Positions 1 through 10,500 of a DNA stretch of 64,000 nt are shown here, piece by piece. The DNA is from Epithemia pelagica. Lineage: Eukaryota > Protista > Bacillariophyta. Numbering within the stretch: position 1 is the first letter of the stretch; every line of letters begins with the position of its first letter. The notes beneath the pieces were generated by a model. That model did no database searches and had not been told where the DNA came from. It was given only the letters and a program-made list of their open reading frames with translations. A program made the translations under genes and the position numbers. The DNA lies in the NCBI GenBank assembly GCA_946965045.2, contig OX337237.1, positions 1,116,001-1,180,000 of the forward strand, in the 5' to 3' direction.

Positions 1-531
1 TCCCCAGGTTAGAGAACAAGTTGGGTCTAATGGGCACCCGTGAGCTCTGGACAAGGATGATACGGGAAACAGTGAAGCATCAGGATAGTCTTGTTTCCTG
101 TACTTGATTTCGAACCTTTTCTCCGGACCATTGTACCACTTGATGGCCTCAGTGTCCTTCTCTCGAGCTCTTTTCCAGGTTTTGAACCAACCCTCGAATC
201 CCACGGTCTCTGTGCTCCAAATATCGCTCAATGACGTGTAGTAGGTACCATTTTGATAGTCAAACTTCTTATCAAGATCCTTCGTGAAGCCGTCAAAATT
301 TTGTCGGAGTTTTTGTTGTTCAGTCTGGAAGCCGTCAAAATCTTGTCGGAGTTTTTGTTGTTCAGTCTGGAGTTTTTGTTGTTCAGTCTGGAGTTTTTGT
401 TGATCAGTCTGGATTGCTCCAAGCACTTGCAATATCTGTTGGAGCTGCGATTGAATAGCGGGATCAAGGGCGCTATCCGTGGAGGACGGCTGTTCCCGTT
501 GTCGTTGTTGTTGTTGTTGTTGTTGGGACAT
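1..531 (-). CDS. Partial ORF running off the left edge; polyQ and heptad coiled-coil N-terminus, possibly followed by an HNH-type nuclease domain
   Basis: Not in the ORF track because it has no stop in the window. ATG at 531 opens 177 stop-free codons: MSQQQQQQQRQREQ...QTEQQKLQTEQQKLRQDFDGF...FEGWFKTWKRAREKD...SLSRAHGCPLDPTCSLTWG. The nuclease guess rests only on the AHxxP..C motif. Confidence 0.6.
   Translation of the reverse strand, partial: MSQQQQQQQRQREQPSSTDSALDPAIQSQLQQILQVLGAIQTDQQKLQTEQQKLQTEQQKLRQDFDGFQTEQQKLRQNFDGFTKDLDKKFDYQNGTYYTSLSDIWSTETVGFEGWFKTWKRAREKDTEAIKWYNGPEKRFEIKYRKQDYPDASLFPVSSLSRAHGCPLDPTCSLTWG
289..413. repeat. 21-bp tandem units (one peptide heptad, QTEQQKL) plus a duplicated 42-bp block
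   Basis: gagtttttgttgttcagtctg is repeated; gccgtcaaaa(t/t)(t/c)ttgtcggagtttttgttgttcagtctgga occurs twice. Confidence 0.9.
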
Positions 532-1250
532 CCCAATAATTCTACTGTTTGCGCTTTGCAGGAGATCGTCGTTTTCAGAATGAAACATAAAAAGAAAGAG
601 TATATTGCTTCCGGTCTTCGAGAGAGAAAGAGAAGATGGAGTGCTTGTAACTTGTAACCAAGGAAGTCAATCGTATAGGAACAAGCGTTGTTTCTTGTTA
701 TTCTACTGACTGCGAGTGCTCCGGGTTCCGGAGAGTGGGATAATCGTGATCGTGCGAACAACCTCGCTCGGTCGCGGTGGTGGTGACGACCCATGAGCGA
801 TTCAAAGGCTTGCATCCACGACTCCGTCCCAGATTCCAGAGGTTGGATCTGCATCAATCTCTAGCGTCCGAACACTGCAAAAATTCACAGGTTGTCATCC
901 AAGAATCTTGCAGTGGCGCTTCGTATTGATACCAGTTGTCGTTTCTCATTGGATTGCACCACCATGTCTGGATTCCATCTTTTCCATTTGATCTTTTCTC
1001 TGGGGGTGGTTGATGGCCACAACAGAAGAGCGTTCTATTGCGTGTTGATCTCTCCATTGCAATTTGTAAAAGAGTTGGTGATTCCATTCAGTGGCAGCAC
1101 ACCACCACCAAGTCTCTGATTGAAAGAGTGTTGTTCTTGTGTTGGATTCAAAAAGATTTTTGGGTGCAAAACCGAATAGTGTCTCGCCCAAAAGTTCCCC
1201 CTCGTGGAAAGGAATCAATCCATTCATTCTCATTGTGGACAATCAACAGG

Positions 1251-3353
1251 ATGGTGGTCCTTGTCTTGAGACTTTCGGTCTTGTTTGTGTGGCTGTTTCA
1301 TGCGGGGAATGCATTGCGCAATGTCAAGGTTGCCAACACCCAAGAAGCCATTGCATCTCCAAAGGAGAAAACTCCAAGGACTGGACCAACCACGGCAACA
1401 ACAACTTTTTCGTCGGAATCCGACTCTACCTTCTTTTTGTCTTCGGAAACATGTCCCTTGCACTGTTTGAATGGATCCACCTGCCGTCGCGTCAAACGCG
1501 TTGCTAGTGAAGAAGAAGTGCAAAGGGAGGAGTGGCAGTGGCACTGTGAGTGTGTTGCTGGATTTCAAGGAACAGAGTGTGGCGATACCTCTACTAGTGC
1601 ATCCATCAATGGTCTGGACTCTTTATTTCCACAACCACAAGAAGCACAAGAAGAAACACAACGGCGCATCAATGCGGCTTCCTCGACAAACACATCCCCC
1701 GCCAAGAAACTGGGACAAGCCATGACCTTGACCAATGTGATTGGATATACGATGGAATCGGATGCGGTCAAGGTCGCCATGGCGGGTCCGTATTTGGTGA
1801 TTGGCGAACGACGTATGGGCAATGGATTGGCGCAAGTGCATTATCGGAAACCCAATGCCACAACCGCCTTTTCCTTGGTTTCCACCATTACAGCCTTGGA
1901 GGGGACGCGCAATTTTGGCGATGCCGTGGATATCGAAGTGCATCCCACCACGGGTCAGCCGGCACTGGTCGTGGGTGCCTCTCGGACCATGCATGAAACC
2001 ATGCCTCAAGTCATTGCTGGATCCGTCCATTACATGACCACCACCACCATGGACCAATCGGACGACAAGAATGACGACGACAACCATGGCCAGACGAGAT
2101 GGACCGAATTGGGTGGACCCATTCGCAATCGTGACGATACGACCCAAGAACATCACATTGTAGCCGAAACGGGTGGTAGGTTTGGAGCAGCTGTGGCCTT
2201 GGCCTCTTCCCAACGTCGCATGGTGGTGGGTGCACCGGCCAGTGGAGTCTTGAATGCCGGCAAGGTCTTTACCTACCATTACTACTCTACCAAAAGCAAC
2301 AACAACAAGAAACCGGTAGAGTCCGAGGCCACTTTGGAACAACAACCACAACCGACCGAACCGACATGGGTACCCATGACACAACCCTTGGTGGGAGAGG
2401 GGGGTGCCAATACCCGCATGGGGACATCGGTCGACATGAATGAGGAGGGTACCAAATTGTTGGTGGGAGCACCCGGTGCCAATGCAGGAGCCGGACAAGT
2501 CTTGTACTATGAATGGGAACCCACCACGGCCACGTGGATTCAAACCTTTACGGTATCGGGAACCAATACACAAGGATTGGGATCGGCCGTTCAATTCATT
2601 CAACGCGATGGATCGCAATTTATCGTGGGAGGTCCCGTCGATAAGGGTGGCATCGTCCAAGTGTACCGACGAAAACCACCACCCAAAACGACACCCTCCG
2701 AGACGGACACGAGACTGGGGGGTACCACCAACTCGGCTACAGCCACTACCAAGACCGCTCCGGGAGTCCTCTTTACACAAATGGGCAACACGATTGAAGG
2801 GACGACACCCGGAGAACAAGTTGGTTCCACCGTCTGTGGCAAACAAGGACGAATTGCCTTTGGAACCGCCTTGGGATCCTTTCATGTCTACGATTACAAT
2901 CCTGCAAGTCGGCAATGGGAGGCGGTGGCCGACAATATACCGGTCCGCACTGGATCGGAAGGAGCCGTGGTCTCGATTGCCATGTCGGACAATGGACAAA
3001 CAGTCAGTGTCGGATTGGAATGGAATCAACAAGTCCGCGTCTATGACTTGCTCCCCACCGATACTTCTACTACCAACGACGGCAGCGGCGACCCAGCCTT
3101 GACGGCACAAGAAGGGGGGACAGGCAATGTCACGGTCCAACAACCACCTCCACCCACGCAACGACCAACCACAGAGGAATTCGAACCAGACGACTATTGG
3201 CCATCGGCATCGCCCAGCGAAAAAGAATCCTTTCCCACACTGGATATCTTTGCCGAAGAAGTACCTCCTCCCAAGGGCAGTTTTGTCGTTCTCATTGTCA
3301 TGTTGGTATTGGCGGTTCTGGTATTTATCTGTTTGGCCTGTGGTTGGTGTTAG
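1251..3353 (+). CDS. Type I membrane protein: signal peptide, EGF-like domain, FG-GAP (integrin-alpha-like) beta-propeller, C-terminal TM
   Basis: Likely start ATG 1251 (MVVLVLRLSVLFVWLFHAGNA). EGF: CPLHCLNGSTC...WHCECVAGFQGTEC. FG-GAP blades: FGDAVDI..LVVGA, RFGAAVALASSQRRMVVGAP, MGTSVDMNEEGTKLLVGAP, LGSAVQF..FIVGGP. TM: FVVLIVMLVLAVLVFICLAC. Confidence 0.85.
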   Translation: MVVLVLRLSVLFVWLFHAGNALRNVKVANTQEAIASPKEKTPRTGPTTATTTFSSESDSTFFLSSETCPLHCLNGSTCRRVKRVASEEEVQREEWQWHCECVAGFQGTECGDTSTSASINGLDSLFPQPQEAQEETQRRINAASSTNTSPAKKLGQAMTLTNVIGYTMESDAVKVAMAGPYLVIGERRMGNGLAQVHYRKPNATTAFSLVSTITALEGTRNFGDAVDIEVHPTTGQPALVVGASRTMHETMPQVIAGSVHYMTTTTMDQSDDKNDDDNHGQTRWTELGGPIRNRDDTTQEHHIVAETGGRFGAAVALASSQRRMVVGAPASGVLNAGKVFTYHYYSTKSNNNKKPVESEATLEQQPQPTEPTWVPMTQPLVGEGGANTRMGTSVDMNEEGTKLLVGAPGANAGAGQVLYYEWEPTTATWIQTFTVSGTNTQGLGSAVQFIQRDGSQFIVGGPVDKGGIVQVYRRKPPPKTTPSETDTRLGGTTNSATATTKTAPGVLFTQMGNTIEGTTPGEQVGSTVCGKQGRIAFGTALGSFHVYDYNPASRQWEAVADNIPVRTGSEGAVVSIAMSDNGQTVSVGLEWNQQVRVYDLLPTDTSTTNDGSGDPALTAQEGGTGNVTVQQPPPPTQRPTTEEFEPDDYWPSASPSEKESFPTLDIFAEEVPPPKGSFVVLIVMLVLAVLVFICLACGWC

Positions 3354-3779
3354 TTAAGAAAAGCACATAATGTAATAGACAGAAAGCAATTCACCCTTTT
3401 CCTACAAGCATTGTGTGCCTCAATGATTTGCTCTTTGTAACCCATTCATTTATACTTTTTCCTGATCCATTTTGCGCGTTTCTAAAATTATGAGAACAGA
3501 TTCAAATGAGGCTGATTTTAAGCTATGTCGAATTGTGTATTGCCCATGAAATAATCAAACATTTCCTCTTTAAGATTACATATAAGCCCATTTGCACGAG
3601 TCTTCTCAGACTCTCTCAAAACTCTCATAAAATCATCCGAGTATACGTGATAGAAGCGCTTTCGCTTCCTGTTGACGGGAAAAACACAACATTGCAAATT
3701 GATATCTACTTATTCATTCCATGCCAACACTCTTTGATCAATACGATAGGTCATATTGGATCCACATATTACAATGAGA

Positions 3780-4280
3780 ATGCCCGTTCGAGTATCATCC
3801 AGATCCACCTTGGGGCTGGCTATTTGCTTGGCCGCATTTGTGTTGGTGATCAAGTTGTGGGTACGTCCCAACACTTGCTAAGATTTTGTTGCATGGGTGA
3901 CTTTTGTGGTGATTCAATCCCGTGGGGTGCTTTTTTCGTTCTTCTCGTACTCACAAATGTCGTGTTTTGGCATTCAGACGCAATGGCTGCACCGTGGCGG
4001 AGGACAATCTGGTTCCAAGATCCTGGTCCAACGATTTGGTCCATGGCCCGAGTGTTCCTGGATGACTGGCTCGGACTGCGCCAAGCATATCCAATCATTG
4101 GTGGGAACGAAAGTCGCCGTCATTGAACTACTGACCAGCAGTGGTAGCAATTCGGATTCTTCCTCGATCGACATTGAGTACAGTAGCAGTTCCAATGCCG
4201 TATCCAGCTTTGATCCCCAACGAGTCTTGATCTATGTGGATAAGCATGATGTGGTCCAGCAGATACCGACACGAGGCTAA
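3780..4280 (+). CDS. Signal-anchored potato inhibitor I family (MEROPS I13-like) protein; 2 exons (3780-3860, 3978-4280), 127 aa
   Basis: Exon 1 MPVRVSSRSTLGLAICLAAFVLVIKLW; intron GTACGT...TACTCAC branch...CAG, phase 0. Exon 2 has GPWPECSWMTGSDCAKHIQ and FDPQRVLIYVDKHDVVQQIPTRG, matching the I13 patterns WPEL.G...A...I and F.P.RV..fVD....V...P..G. Confidence 0.75.
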
Positions 4281-4589
4281 TAACAAGATGGCACGAAACG
4301 AAGCAGCCACAATACGCGAGATGTCACAGAGGACCTGAACCATGCCATTCATAGGACTTTATATTGTTTAAGGTCCCGCACATTGTGTGGTGATTTATCA
4401 CTTGAACTATTAAATTATGCATGTCTGTCATCGTAGTTTTTCCTGCCTTGAAAATTTCCTCTAGCTTGAGCGCTCTTGTGGGTTCATGGTCACATAGTCT
4501 GTTTCTCGTTCTTCAGTCCAACTGCCAAGAACGAGTTCCTGACACAGTACACAATGATTCCGTTGTAGCCTTGTAGCTCAAAACTCTCA

Positions 4590-7500
4590 TTAACCTCCTT
4601 GATCATTCTCACTCTCTGTATCACTATCGTCCAACAGGATAATCACCTCCTTCTTTGTAATTCTAGTACTGGATCCTGGTCCTTTGTCTCCGGAACAAGG
4701 GCCGGGGCTCAACTTGGCATCCTTGCCTTTTTCCATTTTAACTTCCTTCTTAACCTCGGATATCGGATACGGTTTCTCTGGGGTGTGATGCACCTTTTGA
4801 GGAGAGGAGGTGCTTTCGACTGTTGTCGATTCAGCCCTGCAATCTTGCGACTCGTCATCACTGTCACAAAGGTCAATGACCTCTTTCTCCCTTGTCCAAG
4901 ATCGTTCCTCTGGGCGAGCACTATCACTCTCTGGTGGGCATTTTGAGCAGACGTTGTCATGATCTCCACCTGTCGTATTGTCTGCCTTTGGAGTCAAGGA
5001 CGGCTTATCATCCCTTTTCGCGGTTTTATCTTCGTCCGAATTGTCCTCTGTTTTTTCATCTTCATGCCCATCAATGTCTATATTAGGCTCTCCATTTGGT
5101 GAATCGGCATTTTCAGAATCCGCTGTGGCCCTCTCCTCTGACCTGTCATTTTTATGTCCGTCAAACTCTTCGTTTGAATCAGCTTTTCGGGAATCACCAA
5201 CGGCCGCCTCTGTTCTGTCAATTTGATGCTCGTCGACCTCGAACCTGTTGCGCGGATCGGTGTTTTCAGAATCCTCAGTGGCCTCCTTTTGCGTACTGTC
5301 ATCTTGATCCCCGTCCAGCGCTTCGTTCGAATCCGTCATGGCCTCCTCCTCTCTTCTGTCATCTTGATGCTCTGGGATCTCTTCGTTGGGCGAAATGGCT
5401 TTTTCAGAAGAGGCCCTCGCCTCCTCTTCTTCTCTTCTATCATTTTGACTCTCAGTGACCTCTTCGTTGGGTGTATTGGCTTTTCCAGAAGCTGTCATGG
5501 CCTCCACTTCCTCTCTTCTGTTATCTTGTTTATTCTCGTTGAACGCGTCATTGGGTGAGTTTTCAGAATCCGGCGTAATTTCCTCTGTTTTGTCATGATG
5601 CTCGTCGAGGATCTCTTCGTTTGGTGAACCTGGTTTTTCAGAGTCCTCTGTTATTTCCTCCAATTTGTCATCATGCTCGTGGACAACCTCGTCGTTGGGG
5701 GAATCGGCTTTATCAGAATCCGCTGTCATTTCCTCATCATGCTCGGCGAGGACCTCTTCGTTGGGTGAACCGGGTTTTTTAGAATCCGTTGTGATTTCCG
5801 TTTTGTCATCATTCTCGTGGACAACCTCTTCGTTGGGGGAATCAGCTTTATCAGAATCCGCTGTCATTTCCTCATCATGCTCGGCGAGGAGGACCTCTTC
5901 GTTGGGAGAGCCAGGTTTTTCAGAATTCGTTGTGATTTCCTCCAATTTGTCATCATGCTCGTGGACAACCTCTTCGTTGGGGGAGCCGGCTTTATCAGAA
6001 TCCGCTGTCATTTCCTCATCATGCTCGGCGAGGACCTCTTCGTTGGGTGAACCGGGTTTTTTAGAATCCGTTGTGATTTCCGTTTTGTCATCATTCTCGT
6101 GGACAACCTCTTCGTTGGGGAAATCGGCTTTATCAGAATCCGCTGTCATTTCCTCATCATGCTCGGCGAGGAGGACCTCTTCGTTGGGAGAGCCAGGTTT
6201 TTCAGAATTCGTTGTGATTTCCTCCAATTTGTCATCATGCTCGTGGACAACCTCTTCGTTGGGGGAATCGGCTTTATCAGAATCCGCTGTCATTTCCTCA
6301 TCATGCTCGGCGAGGAGGACCTCTTCGTTGGGAGAGCCAGGTTTTTCAGAATTCGTTGTGATTTCCTCCAATTTGTCATCATGCTCGTGGACAACCTCTT
6401 CGTTGGGGGAATCGGCTTTATCAGAATCCGCTGTCATTTCCTCATCATGCTCGGCGAGGAGGACCTCTTCGTTGGGAGAGCCAGGTTTTTCAGAATCCGT
6501 TGTGATTTCCTCCAATTTGTCATCATGCTCGTGGACAACCTCTTCGTTGGGGGAGCCGGCTTTATCAGAATCCGCTGTCATTTCCTCATCATGCTCGGCG
6601 AGGAGGACCTCTTCGTTGGGTGAACCGGGTTTTTTAGAATCCGTTGTGATTTCCGTTTTGTCATCATTCTCGTGGACAACCTCTTCGTTGGGGGAATCGG
6701 CTTTATCAGAATCCGCTGTCCCAGTTTCTCTGTCCAACCCATCCTCTCTGCGGGTCTCTTGGTTAGAAATGCTGCTGTCATTGTTTATCTCGTCACTACC
6801 TCCATTGTCTCCAGTATCTAGACCATGGTTAGAGTCCTTGGTTCTCTCGAGTTCGAGTTCCCTCTTGACCTTTAATATCGGGTTTGGGCTATCCAGGTTG
6901 TCCCTCTGTTGCTGTAAATCGGATTCCCTTCCTCCTGCAGTGTTATGGCAAATTTCGTCCGCGGACTCGTCATCACTATCGCAAAGGTCTATAACCTCCT
7001 TGCTACTTTGTGTGTACGGTTCATGTGGAAGTTCGCCTTCCTCAACATCGCTGTCAGGAGACTCATGACATCTATCCTCTCGCCCATCACCAGTAGTCTT
7101 ATCATCTTTTTCGGCGACATCCATACCATCATTGTTTCTTTTCAAGGAATCGTTTTCATCTCTGGATCCTTTCTGAGGTGAGGCACAAGAGGTCGCTGCT
7201 CGCTTGTTAGTGTTGTCTTTATTCTGTGAGCTGCTATGGAGTGTAATCGCGTTGGATGGTTTTCTTGAACCCCAGGATGCCTCCATTGGCTTCGCCGAGG
7301 CGTTGCGAGTCGTGCTACCCCACGTGGACTTCGCTGTCACGGTGTCCTTTTGTAACGCAACGGAGAACTCATTTCTGGAGGTCTCAGTGCGGACAGTCGA
7401 GTCACCATACTTGCTGCTGTTGGAGCCTGAACACTCGGTAGCATTGTCGATAGCTGAATTCTGTCTTGAATCTGAACTTGAAAGAACTGGATTCCACGTA

Positions 7501-10500
7501 ACATTGTAACCTCTTGAACCCCATGTTGCAGGTCTATCCTTCCTTTTGAGGACCGAAGAAGGTCTCGATCCCCAGCTTGATGAAACCCGGTTGTTGGTCA
7601 CAGGTTCATCACGAGGGGATCCGGCAGTAGGCGCGTCTCCAGGAGACGCTTGCGTCCAAGCAATCCTAGAACTCGTTGATGGGTTACCTGAATCCTTGTG
7701 CTGTATGTCGTGTCTGGAAAAGATCGTGGTACTTTCACCGCCGGGGGGTGGTTTATCCTTCCTCTTTACAGTCGAAGGATTTGATCCCCAAATGTTTCGG
7801 GTTGATCCTAATACGGTAGTAGCACTGGCAACTGTCGAGCCCCAAACAGAGGTGACGGATCGTTCGGGAGGACCACCTTCACTGGACAACCCATCGTCCT
7901 TTCCTTGGTCTTCTCTCGAGGGGGAGGATGGGGTAGAAGGAGCAGACTTTTGATTTGCGCCCCAAGTTGAATTAGCTGCTGGAAGTATACCACCGCAAGA
8001 GGGTTTATCCTTCTTTTGACGTTTAGCATCACTTGTGGCTGTTTCTTTGTTGGATCCCCACGAGCAAGAGGGGATGGATCGCTTGGCCCCCTCACCAGAT
8101 GAGCCATCCTGAGTTCCTGGGCCGTCTCCCGTAGCCGTGGAAGCATCAGCACTAGAAACAGACTGGTCGTTTTCACCCAAATTGCGATCAGTCACCGGAC
8201 ATGTAGCAGGTGCATCCGTGTTCTTCTTCAAAGAAGGTTTTGATCCCGGGTTGGCCACTGGGCGAATGGCCACAGAAGCAGAAGGTCTGGATCCCCAGCT
8301 AGCTGTAACTGGACGACTGGCCACGGATTTAGCCCACGCAGACGAGGCACGGGTTTCTCCACTTGATGTATCTTTGTTTGTGGCTCCCCAAGGTTCCTTG
8401 TTTGTTGATCCCCAAGTCGACGTTGACGAAGGACGGGTTTCTCCATGTGGTGCATCCTTGTTTGGAGATCCCCACGTCGAAGTTGACGAGGGACGGGTTT
8501 CTCCACTTGTTGTAACCTTGTTTCTGGATCCCCAAGTCGACGTTGATGAGGGACGGCTTTGTCCACGTGATGTATCCTTGTTTGTGGCTCCCCAAGCCGA
8601 CGTTGACGAGAGACGGCTTTGTCCACGTGATGTATCCTTGTTTGTGGCTCCCCAAGTCGAACTTGACGAGGGACGGCTTTCTCCACGTGCTGTATCCTGG
8701 TTTGTGGCTCCCCAAGTCGACGTTGACGAGGGACGGCTTTCTCCACGTGAAGTATCCTTGTTTGTGGCTCCCCAAGTCGACGTTGACGAGGGACGGCTTT
8801 CTCCACGTGCTGTATCTTGGTTTGCAGCTCCCCAAGTCGACGTTGACGAGGGACGGGCTTCTCCACGTGCTGTATCCTGGTTTGCAGCTCCCCGCGTCGA
8901 AGTTGACGAGGGACGGGCTTCTCCACGTGCTGTATCCTGGTTTACAGCTCCCCGCGTCGAAGTTGACGAGGGACGGGCTTCTCCATGTGGTGCATCCTTG
9001 TTTGTGGCTCCCCAAGTCGAAGTTGACGAGGGACGGCTTTCGCCAGGTGCTGTATCCTTGTTTGTGACTCCCCAAGTCGAAGTTGACGAGGGACGGCTTT
9101 CGCCAGGTGCTGTATCCTTGTTTGTGGCTCCCCAAGTCGACGTTGACGAGGGACGGCTTTCTCCACGTGAAGTATCCTTGTTTGTGGCTCCCCAAGTCGA
9201 AGTTGACGAGGGACGGCTTTCTCCACGTGCTGTATCCTTGTTTGTGGCTCCCCAAGTCGACGTTGACGAGGGACGGGCTTCTCCATGTGGTGCATCCTTG
9301 TTTGTAGCTCCCCAAGTCGAAGTTGACGAGGGACGGCTTTCCCCAGGTGCTGTATCCTTGTTTGTGGCTCCCCACGTCGACGTTGACGAGGGACGGCTTT
9401 CTCCACGTGCTGTATCCTTATTTGTGGCTCCCCAAGTCGACGTTGACGAGGGACGGCTTTCTCCACTTGCTGTATTCTTGTTTCTGGATCCCCAAGTCGA
9501 CGTTGACGAGGGACGGCTTTCTCCACGTGCTGTATCCTTGTTTGTGGCTCCCCAAGTCGACGTTGACGTGGGACGGGTTCCTCCACTTGATGAAGCCTTG
9601 TTTATGGGAGCCGGAGCTGGTTTCGCATTCCAGCCACTGACCGACAAAGTGGACGTTTGTTTGGCTCCCCAAGTCGAGGTGGCCGCGGAGGAACGTCCAT
9701 TTCCATTCATGGGTTGTGCTTCCCACGAGGAGGATGCAGCGTGCTTGGCAGGACCACTGCCTGGAATATTGGATCCCCATGACGACGAAGCCGTGCCACC
9801 CGTACTGTTTCTCTCGTATCCAGTACCAGCAGAATGTCGAACGCCTTCTTCGTGCAAGGTCGAAATAAGACTACTTGGTTGGGAACCCAAGGAAAGAGAT
9901 CTTTGTTTGCGTGGAATGCTGGGTTTGAATGATTTTTCTAACCGATCCACTTCATCGTGGGGTCGTTTTCTCGTGTTCGACGACGATTCCTGAGATGGCG
10001 AACGATATTGGGAACGTGTTCTCATCCCGTGTCGACTTTCTTGCGAGGGGGAACGCCGTCGACCGTGGTTTCCTCGCGAGGGCTCGTGGTACTTGTCCTG
10101 CGTACTGTATCGACTATCTTGAGAGGGAGAGCGATTTCGATTGTTGTGCTGTTTCTCATGTGTACTGTATCGACTGTCTTGGGAGGGAGAGCGATGTCGA
10201 CCATAGTGTCCTCCTCTCCAGCCTTCTTGATTCTTCTCGTATGTGCTGTATCGACTTTCTTGGGAGGGAGAACGATGTCGTCCAGAATATCCTCTGGAGT
10301 GATCTTGGTTTTCATGCCTACCGTATTGTCGGTTTTCTTGGGAGGGAGAGCGATATCGACCGTAGCGTTCTTTCCACAGTTCCTTCTCGTGACGATCATG
10401 GTTCTGTTCATGCCGCCTGGTACTTGTAGGACTGGTGGCATTTCGGTCGAGCTCTGGAGTGTTGCGGAGAGAAGCTTCCACGGGTTCGGTATCCTCGGTC

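Noticed and set aside
228-857. 209-aa minus ORF and the overlapping 253..657 plus ORF
   Set aside because: Alternative frames of the 21-bp repeat; the 531-to-1 frame gives a coherent polyQ/coiled-coil protein.
3506-4126. 206-aa plus ORF
   Set aside because: Wrong frame; the spliced I13 model explains the region with canonical splice signals.
8376-9575. Regular 60-bp periodicity resembling a CRISPR array
   Set aside because: Units are contiguous with no unique spacers, keep a reading frame, and there are no cas genes; eukaryotic context.
5665-9993. Long plus-strand ORFs 5665..7068 and 8137..9993, plus many shorter ones
   Set aside because: Antisense and off-frame shadows of coding tandem repeats that happen to lack stops.
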